This document shows, one piece after another, positions 61,101 to 64,000 of a DNA stretch of 64,000 nt (positions within the stretch are counted from its first letter, which is position 1; each line of letters opens with the position of its first letter). This DNA comes from Actinomycetes bacterium (GTDB lineage Bacteria > Actinomycetota > Coriobacteriia > Coriobacteriales > UBA8131). The stretch lies in contig WRGR01000046.1 in the NCBI GenBank assembly GCA_009787085.1, positions 11,147-75,146 of the forward strand. Reading direction: 5' to 3'. Below the pieces are notes generated by a model. It saw only the letters and a list, made by a program, of their open reading frames with translations. It did no database searches and was not told the DNA's origin. Both the position numbers and the translations under genes were made by a program.

Positions 61101-62630
61101 CAAGGTGGTGACAACGGCCGTGTAAAGCGACGGATCGCCCTTCTGATAGTTGCTGTTTGCGGCAGATCGAGCAAAGAAGTAATAGGTGGTGTTGGCCGCT
61201 AGGCCGCTAAACGTCAAGCCGGTCTGCCAACGGCTGTCGTCAGTGGGCGCCGTAGGTGTTGTGCTGACCGAGTACTCCACGCTCTGGCCGGTGTTGGCTT
61301 TTAGGGAGGCGGCGCTGAGGTTGACACTGGTGGTGGTCTTGCCGGGTGCTTCGCCAGGGGGGTTGGCATTCGCACCCCTAATCGGATTGCCACTAAAAGT
61401 GCTGCCGGCGCTCAATGCTATAGTCGAACCATCTGCCGGAACAACAGTGCCGCCGTTATCCAGTGTTGCACTGGCCGCTACATTCAGGCTGGCCGACCCG
61501 GACACGGTCAGAGTTGCACCATTTGCTATTCTGAGCGAGTTACCAGAAGCGATGCTCAGTGTGTAGCCAGCCGGGATCGCAACATCACTGGCCATAGTTT
61601 TTACAGAGTTGCCATACCAATTGCTGGCTCCGCCTTTGATGACCAAAACGCCCTCGGTCTTGCCAGCAGCGCCCGCGTCACTGACAGCATCTGCAAACAC
61701 AAACGCATTGCCGTTCATGCCCAGTGTTCCTGCTGCACCAGCCGAGCCGGCTCCAAGGCCAGTGGGCGAGCCGATTATGTTGGAGGTGACCACTCCCGAG
61801 TTGATAGCCAGATTACCGCCATCGCCGTTTCTGCCGGTCAGAGTACCGCCGCCACCGAGGCCGGCACCATAGGTGCTGATCGACGAGACCCGGGCACCGC
61901 CCGTGGCCAATGCCCCGGTGCCGACAGTAATGGTTCCGCCTGCACCGGCTGAACCATAGAGGGAGGCACCGCCACCGATGGCCGCGCCGTAATAGCTGTT
62001 CGCATCAACAATGCCGCCATTGATGGTGATATTGCCGCCTGCGCCACCTCGCTCCGATGAGCTGCCGCCGCCGCCGATACCAGCGCCATTGGCAGCAGCA
62101 GCGGTGATCCTGCCACCATTGATGGTTATCGAACCGGCATTTTGACCAGCCTCAATGTCAGAGCCGTTGCCGCCGATGGCCGCGTTGTAGGTTCCGGAGG
62201 GCACGGATGCCGTCAAGACACCCCCGTTCGCACCGCTGCTCTGGGCATAGACCGTCAGGCTGTTGCCCTCAGCAACGGCGATGCCGACATTCTCCACCCC
62301 CAGATGGGCACCATCTTGGAGGATGATATGAACATCGCCATTAACCGTGATCCGCGAGGTGAATGTAACGTTTCCAGTGACGGTATACCAGCCGGCAGAC
62401 AGGGTTGTCATGCTCGGCGTTAAATCCGTTGCACTGCTTTGCACCTGGCGTGTCCCAGTGGCATCCAGGTAGGCCACGTTGTTGGCCGCGAAAACGCGCA
62501 CAAAGCCAACACCGGCCAAAAGCCCGATTGCCAAGCAGGCCGACAGAATGCAGAGCAGTGCCTTTCTTGATCTCGCGAATTGCCCGAATTGCTGGAATTG
62601 CTTAAATTTCCTAGTCCGTTTAAACTTCAT
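49146..62630 (-). CDS. Giant (4,494-aa) modular cell-wall-anchored surface adhesin
   Basis: A single uninterrupted ORF. It has a signal peptide, a Gly-rich beta-helix-like region, ~10 FN3 modules, lectin-like and MucBP-like modules, 13 Listeria-Bacteroides (InlB B-type) repeats, 5 DUF11-like modules, and an xPxTG sorting signal plus hydrophobic helix plus basic tail. Confidence 0.9.
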   Translation of the reverse strand: MKFKRTRKFKQFQQFGQFARSRKALLCILSACLAIGLLAGVGFVRVFAANNVAYLDATGTRQVQSSATDLTPSMTTLSAGWYTVTGNVTFTSRITVNGDVHIILQDGAHLGVENVGIAVAEGNSLTVYAQSSGANGGVLTASVPSGTYNAAIGGNGSDIEAGQNAGSITINGGRITAAAANGAGIGGGGSSSERGGAGGNITINGGIVDANSYYGAAIGGGASLYGSAGAGGTITVGTGALATGGARVSSISTYGAGLGGGGTLTGRNGDGGNLAINSGVVTSNIIGSPTGLGAGSAGAAGTLGMNGNAFVFADAVSDAGAAGKTEGVLVIKGGASNWYGNSVKTMASDVAIPAGYTLSIASGNSLRIANGATLTVSGSASLNVAASATLDNGGTVVPADGSTIALSAGSTFSGNPIRGANANPPGEAPGKTTTSVNLSAASLKANTGQSVEYSVSTTPTAPTDDSRWQTGLTFSGLAANTTYYFFARSAANSNYQKGDPSLYTAVVTTLLVPTAPSAPWAVAVTSTSIALQWNASVSTGANVQGYNVYILSSPGGTPIRSISTTGTATNATITGLTAGTGYIFQVEARSSAGTSAKSPESGMIYTAPGAPAAPVLVSSTSDSILLNWTAPAGSVTGYVIYASDGSSLEVSDATSFVYTGLSPNTQYTFRIQALTGDSAGDQSAASQPRYTAPARPAAPVPTTLSDTSIRLNWTTQAGATGYRLSSDNGATWRDVGNVLTYTYTGTTALAADNLYTFRVIAYNTGGASPTSLPADAYTLLPPPAKPVVASSTAAGITIEWSDLGATVNPATGANYNVSGYRIEARANNGSWATPIDVGNTQSYTLTGLTVGTSYTFRITAYNQNGSSAASTVSDAVYTVPSAPGTPNVALSANTANLHDTAVVSWTTPTPSGQQISGYKVSYDDFATWQTASGTATSLSYTGLHPQTTYSFKVIAYNNGGESAPSAASATLTTKSGPPTRPTVTGMTDTTMTISWSPYSEGGVVENVGGYEYQINGTGAWTLIRPVDYASPTAPTYTITGLNPATSYTFAVRGYVDGLGEGSVSPASTATLTLPTKPATPRATASTANTETITWTALSGTIAGYDIRVTGGAWPAGSDWLSLGNVTNYTYTGLASETSYSFEVRGRNASGAGAASDLSVAKYTTIAALSAPVVTAVTSYTASLTWVPAATATGYKISRDNGATWTDIGNVTSYTYTGLSANTGYSFKVRAYNSYGDGDPSADATITTKLAPPNPPEVLSGTTYNSVYLRWPLNSGATGYTVRAIRVDDGTYKDHPITTDSLSHSPTFPVRIDGLDADTEYQFRLMAVNANGASDPSNPTAAVRTDLPIVGPVIKDYPPKNPGQSATKPISSISWDQIVDHPQYDTAYTAAKSASYNGYATANHIVFGSTTMRFLGYWQPPFMDMCYTNLYPDGFTTISYTQRPMRMDFHTFAETGLLFNGYMRNNYYTGYGFILDRGTLRLYYYNNVYMNSSTYQIPATGSANGQRQIIGTYKTGISAASTVPYDVRVDRNSVTGAFKIYLDGRVVADVQQPIYSGNGFGFFTGYLAHACSSLTVIQYENMRIAAFRDGEQVGALAHFIDMDTGEAIAGIERHIQRDQDGEPITPGDYFYVEPPQYINRGGKLYEYDSTSLNGLQNNMYQAADFYAPPLSQNEFTLFYTRVPLVPAVKDAEVTASNITKPPASSERGTESKPVRVDVGDQLEYGITLTNKQSEINIAGWTPKDKVIMTADVSTGANGASVYPFVLSDVLPYGMTYNGSYQVVDDQGVALSQGVAYNQGIGLVDFKVEPYYEDVQVWDDATQAMVTQTRERQKLVWQFTQIPDEAITKFKYSVTVAAGQDLFDNRAVMENALDYTSRSNHTYHTTSHIVTEHYLSYKDPTTAVQGNTTSLVSGGSDYLPPMTALGSLTQYDSNTAYNWRYFAYSTDGGATRTVGAPPDVLPGELNDVIYYYLKDIPLTINYIDQDTNLILQTQYKENVDATLPYYIAAYHMDPIINSRSYFYVSYRLAKDSVFGAVTAGPVPSAPDVTFSPAELLSTNNSLTIDLYFKQSFAVTVQYKEYQNDANILAPNEDYLVDRGQGFNPMAETNIQNAIANGIALPTGKTYSVYRGWTDGTTEEVDDGNGGTYTRPVVHQGDPPQLTNIQANQTITLLFSTTYVVTEQFHSNILDVLVDGTDDVYMARPLAPDISNTRVGGEMVAGNPPDRLSDGEWIWRYIGFKQGDDRHDLIAGDPPVIESLSSDMTIVYVYQKTNEHADGFYITERWREFNNTGNSLLDDEMVTLPWGRAYADNIRLWNSLGVDGSPLYPELRGWDYQGWILDNGTMYPREGGVLPSNVLASVDGQHTVTYVYTRLPSYEVIYIANAVLSSGGAPAMEQYFQGETVPIQGPGEMAKQFWTFRGWATSPTATSPTYAYDAASGSVNPAAITNINGSAMLFAVWQENPHYTVTYNANAPTGTVGGTVPADTHGNAPYPALANAYYVGSNVTVLGPGSMRRYNGTGTIEGWTFRGWALDPDATTPDFAYNSTQATFNTAAFNITADTTLYAVWQENRYTLAYNGNGNTAGDAPTVSGDFLGGTAIPPAPPGDLAKLHYKFIGWSTSAATSAPDYAYDASTGGFTPGSFEIPGNTTLYAVWQEDNKYTVTYNGNLNTSGTVPVDIAGDAQVNTNRYYDQSTVLVLGPNDLAKQNYTFIGWSTNIAATVPDYAYNAATAPPSLTPEQFVIAANVTLYAVWQEKSQYGLAYNGNGSDGGSPPTGGTYHTDDAVTIAPPGSMTKFGWTFLGWATSATATTPDYAYAAATNSFTPGPTIFLTDQTTLYAVWSQNSQFTVAYDGNGADDLAKVPYDTAGNAPAAANAYYVGSTVNLLGPGEMTKGDGTNTYVFIGWANSQDSAAAQTPVFHYNWRTNTFNANESAFTISQDTVLFATWQRYGPFTVTYSNASEVNGILVGTTSGSSFSDPQTYHLDSTVTLLPHNDLRRSGYTFKGWATLGMLEAGVNPANPATYIYYYDGATLPFAITDDVVLYPVWEQNPEGAQLDWTELVHYMDVASNVHRPRKALYTEETYYPMEDGYFDSVQFYLHPDPRTSQEDINDAAKRLKDLIDALRYKDPVFVTYNGNGNTGGEPPHDPSVRGYAKNDPVMVLGPGNLENDGLKFMGWAFAPEAAAPDFAYDLGTQTFDFTFFTITANTELYAVWSPYTVQYSDRGADSGEAPPNDSGRLGQSIGLPGPGNLVKTGYAFIGWADTVEKADAGNPDYPYDRPTDSFASGYLITGDATLYPVWRQKAADENYAVLYNANGATAGTVPTDDNEYHLNDTASVIGPGDLARDGSVFLGWAQSKRAADAGRVDFAYDATTREFSQPDFQLRTDVTLYAVWGRAAEPTAQITFDLNNGSASSVYATRTVYEPQTTLGERMPNNPVLFGYDFLGWNTSADGTGTWFDANTAVGSETALAGSFTVFAQWQTKGTTPVDPDAVTITYVRNYDATDNTVVPLLDDSGQPMTLYYQDGDPVAMMPAPPTPPAGYHFAGWALNRTGTTINNLDPFVTTATAVRTAWANTDKVIYVYAIWATNTYTVTVVDEPTGFVWSKDVEYGSNLQDTADQSLFSLPFNGRKFLGWTTIKDSGIVNVSDDDLVVASITVYPVWEAAPSLTKEAKWKAPAEDDDDAILHYIVTATNRSKNSIWHDVVINDKLPTMMRLIPESIYVTWQNGTREHLSYERVYDESTRTLTLDIGEVVGGQSYLLEFDVTVYDTDDPPTEPQEVQDSFGNIAAADGLRTPPVYPPDFPDPGPVGHGSGDVYLHKSVVAPVHPGNPTVGDCLIYTIEAGNTKPGSLWEDVVINDRVPDGMEIDTSSIWLQHPDGTTTQVSASAYNPATRMLRVDAGLIWGGQKCYLSFKAIISDDVYTVIDNSGQGYHALDNTAQTDDGVSTGPVGTGEISSNQPALYKSAVNKSHPNQKTKRGDVLTYTITAANDGDPHSLWKDVNIEDTMPVGVVPDLSTVRLYLNDSATPLPTSSTPSYNSSTRLFRLALGDISGGSSIRVEFDATVTETAYDLGNSAHAYWGGGRGHIHTGYIYPQGDDGTGRVGNQDPTDPTDPTDPTDPTDPTDPTDPGDNSGEPLLTKDVDNQTHPQQNAEPDDLLLYRVTLTNPKAGTVWRDVMIFDYLPQELVPDTSTMTLIYPNGSREMVGASVYHPDTRTIEVPIAILRGGETYVFTYQAQVDVDDGTPAENVPDEIVNNVTVSHDGGDPPPGGGTTSKIKLVPPGDDGGQPPDPDEPDDPGDPPTLTKGVENETHPQQDAEPDDLLRYKVTLSNPKAGTVWRDVMIFDYLPDELVPDTDTMMLTYPNGTVEKVGASVYHPESRTIEVPIAILRGGETYIFTYRAQVDVGDGTPAESFPKEIVNNVTVVPPDGSDWPPGVQAKASIKLVPARSGSIAPLTGDQGLLLLLVALDLLCSGAVCVFGPRLARRLSTVRAGRRE
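49149..49280 (-). other. Cell-wall sorting signal: IAPLTGD (xPxTG variant), hydrophobic helix, Arg-rich tail
   Basis: ...SGSIAPLTGDQGLLLLLVALDLLCSGAVCVFGPRLARRLSTVRAGRRE*. Confidence 0.7.
49365..51635 (-). repeat. Adhesin aa 3666-4422: five DUF11-like (conserved repeat domain) modules; the last two (49860-50231 and 49365-49736) are near-identical copies 495 bp apart
   Basis: ...L.Y.V.L.N.....W.DV.I.D.LP....P....... pattern. Modules 4 and 5 are roughly 85% identical by eye at the aa level, with long identical nt runs. Confidence 0.7.
50250..50315 (-). repeat. 9-bp microsatellite encoding (PTD)7 inside the adhesin
   Basis: ggggtcggt / ggggtccgt units read directly. Protein: DPTDPTDPTDPTDPTDPTDPTDPGD. 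Confidence 0.9.
51636..55508 (-). repeat. Adhesin aa 2375-3665: 13 Listeria-Bacteroides (Flg_new / InlB B-repeat) modules with one ~70-aa helical insert
   Basis: Recurrent Y.V.Y..NG..G..P....Y........G.....G..F.GW.T........Y........L.....LYAVW. Confidence 0.8.
55509..58595 (-). other. Adhesin aa 1346-2374: lectin/jelly-roll-like domain (~1365-1586), a DUF11/isopeptide-type domain (~1690-1885) and ~6 MucBP-like modules
   Basis: Modules end in ...FTLFYTR, ...VIYYYLKD, ...IDLYFKQ, ...ITLLFST, ...TIVYVYQK and ...TVTYVYTR. Family names are tentative. Confidence 0.45.
58596..61340 (-). repeat. Adhesin aa 431-1345: array of ~10 fibronectin type III modules
   Basis: Repeated ...P.AP......TS.SI.L.W......GY.V.......W........YT.TGL...T.Y.F.V.A.N..G.S..S... 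Confidence 0.8.
61341..62468 (-). other. Adhesin aa ~55-430: Gly-rich repeats (AAIGGNG / AGIGGGG / AGLGGGG ... ITINGG), parallel beta-helix-like
   Basis: Recurrent x-I/L-GGG-x and ITINGG motifs every ~25-40 aa. The fold assignment is tentative. Confidence 0.5.
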
Positions 62631-63147
62631 GTTTGTGCCCCCCGTGCTTATCCGATTCTACTGCTAGCTCAATGATCCTGATACCCACTTTTCCACCGCA
62701 AACAACCACTATCAATACCCCTAACGCCGCGTGCCCCAAAGAAGCACCGACTGGCATCACCAATGCTTGACGGTTGTATTTTTTGCCACAGAATCCCTCT
62801 GTTAGCGGCTGTCGCAAAAACCTCAGTTGGTGTTTTTGTGACTGCCAACAGAGCACGGCCAATGAGCCCCTCCCCAAAGGAGCCTGATCGAAACCTATTC
62901 ACTGTTTACCTCACCCACCCTGCTTGATACTTACATTTGCCTTAACTGCCTTAAATAAGCGACCTCATCGTTTGGTTTTCTTCGATTCGTCTGGAGTTTT
63001 TATGGAACAATGCGGCCTTCATCCTATTTCAGACTTACGACACAAATTTTAGCATACATTCTGATAATATCAAGACAAATTTTAGATTACCAACACTTCA
63101 GCAAACATGAGGGTTACTGCTCACCCCTCACTCGCACCGCGCCGCTA

Positions 63148-64000
63148 TCACCCCTGAACCTCCACGCTGCCCGGTAGCTGCTTGATCTCGGTTGGGCCAA
63201 AGCGAATGTTTAGGTCCACAAAGCCGTGGATGCCATTGATCAGGGCGGTGCTCGTACACTGCCAGATCGAGAAATTGACGAAGTAATCCATTGGCCGTGA
63301 CACGTTGTAGTGCGCGAACCAGATATCGTAACTTCGCAGCAAGTCGAGATCATACCGTGCTAAGTCATAGGCGTTGCCATAGAGCATAGCCTGATAGCCA
63401 GCGGCTTCAACGATCTCGCAGAATGCCCGGGCATTCTGCGAGCGCTGCTGGCCAGAAAGAGAGTTAATGCGACCGTTACTGTCGGAAACCTGCTCAAGGT
63501 CATAGACAACAGGCAGGTCAAGATGGCGACCCGCCAGTTGGTCAAGCACAAAATTCGCCTCCGCCCGCGCTTCGTCCTCATTCACGGCTTGGGAGAAGAA
63601 GTAGACGCCAACTTCAAGGCCAGCATTGCTGGCCCCTTCGATATTGGCTTGGTACTGAGCATCAAGCACAATATTGCCCTCGGTATAGCCCCGGGCGCCT
63701 AGGCGCAGAAAAACAAAGCCGACACCGTTTTGCGCCACTAACTGCCAATCGATGATCCCTTGATGCTCCGAGACATCGATGCCGATGTTTTTCTCCGTAA
63801 CCGGCTTGACCTCATAGACTTTGCTGCTCTGCTGAGATGCACTGGCCCTCATCTCGTTCACTTTGAAGCTCACGGGATAAGATAATCTATATAATTGCCA
63901 CTGCAATGTGGGTGGCTCCGGGCCTTTGTTGCCGACCACCAGAATAGTCAGAGGTATCATGATGTCAATCAGGAGCACTGCCAGCACTATCAGCCCGAGC
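63148..64000 (-). CDS. GH25-family muramidase (lysozyme) with an N-terminal TM segment; the 5' end probably runs off the window
   Basis: ...GIDVSEHQGIIDWQLVAQNGVGFVFLRLG.RGYTEG...D..Y..N...A...GL.VGVYFFSQA.... The tracked start at 63987 is GTG, and the frame stays open to base 64000. Confidence 0.85.
   Translation of the reverse strand, partial: LGLIVLAVLLIDIMIPLTILVVGNKGPEPPTLQWQLYRLSYPVSFKVNEMRASASQQSSKVYEVKPVTEKNIGIDVSEHQGIIDWQLVAQNGVGFVFLRLGARGYTEGNIVLDAQYQANIEGASNAGLEVGVYFFSQAVNEDEARAEANFVLDQLAGRHLDLPVVYDLEQVSDSNGRINSLSGQQRSQNARAFCEIVEAAGYQAMLYGNAYDLARYDLDLLRSYDIWFAHYNVSRPMDYFVNFSIWQCTSTALINGIHGFVDLNIRFGPTEIKQLPGSVEVQG

Noticed and set aside
61341-62468. The Gly-rich N-terminal region of the adhesin as collagen-like or PE-PGRS-like sequence.
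   Set aside because: There is no Gly-X-Y periodicity. The motifs (xIGGGx, ITINGG) and the interspersed beta-strand-like segments fit beta-helix-type passenger regions better.

Overview
The window is 64 kb of high-GC Gram-positive chromosome. Gene content (PFOR, hypAB, feoAB, a TopA with a Lys/Ala-rich tail, LPXTG-type surface protein) suggests an anaerobic actinobacterium, possibly Coriobacteriia, but that is inference only. All domain and family names come from reading the translations and from memory of the families; no searches were run. Most of the window is core housekeeping, largely on the minus strand: rpoB (5' part, missing from the ORF track), mdh, topA, hypB/hypA, tatC/tatA, amidohydrolase, B12-type radical SAM, alaS, rarA, Rrf2 regulator, rdgB-HAD fusion, rph, murI, nifJ/PFOR (+), truA, a dtxR-like repressor, feoAB, clpX/clpP/tig, tRNA-Gly and tRNA-Ala. 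Four segments look accessory. (1) 1.66-3.0 kb holds a lysozyme-like gene, a frameshifted lipoprotein and a perfect 24-bp inverted repeat upstream of rpoB. (2) 18.6-20.0 kb holds a low-GC orphan ORF and stacked palindromic repeats. (3) 39.6-42.4 kb is a decayed defence island: a Phd/VapC module whose toxin carries an in-frame TAG, internally deleted DUF1156-methylase and HEPN/DUF499-like remnants, and a much more GC-rich three-gene cassette of unknown function between them. (4) 49.1-62.6 kb is a single 4,494-codon modular cell-wall-anchored adhesin, next to a GH25 muramidase. The most unusual non-genic signal is a recurrent intergenic palindromic repeat family (core GGAAGCRCCGA / TCGGYGCTTCC, at least 12 copies), with longer shared segments that could be a MITE/REP-like element or a small structured RNA. 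I see no complete, clearly novel multi-gene system. The candidates worth follow-up are the repeat family, the foreign cassette inside the defence-island wreck, and the giant adhesin.
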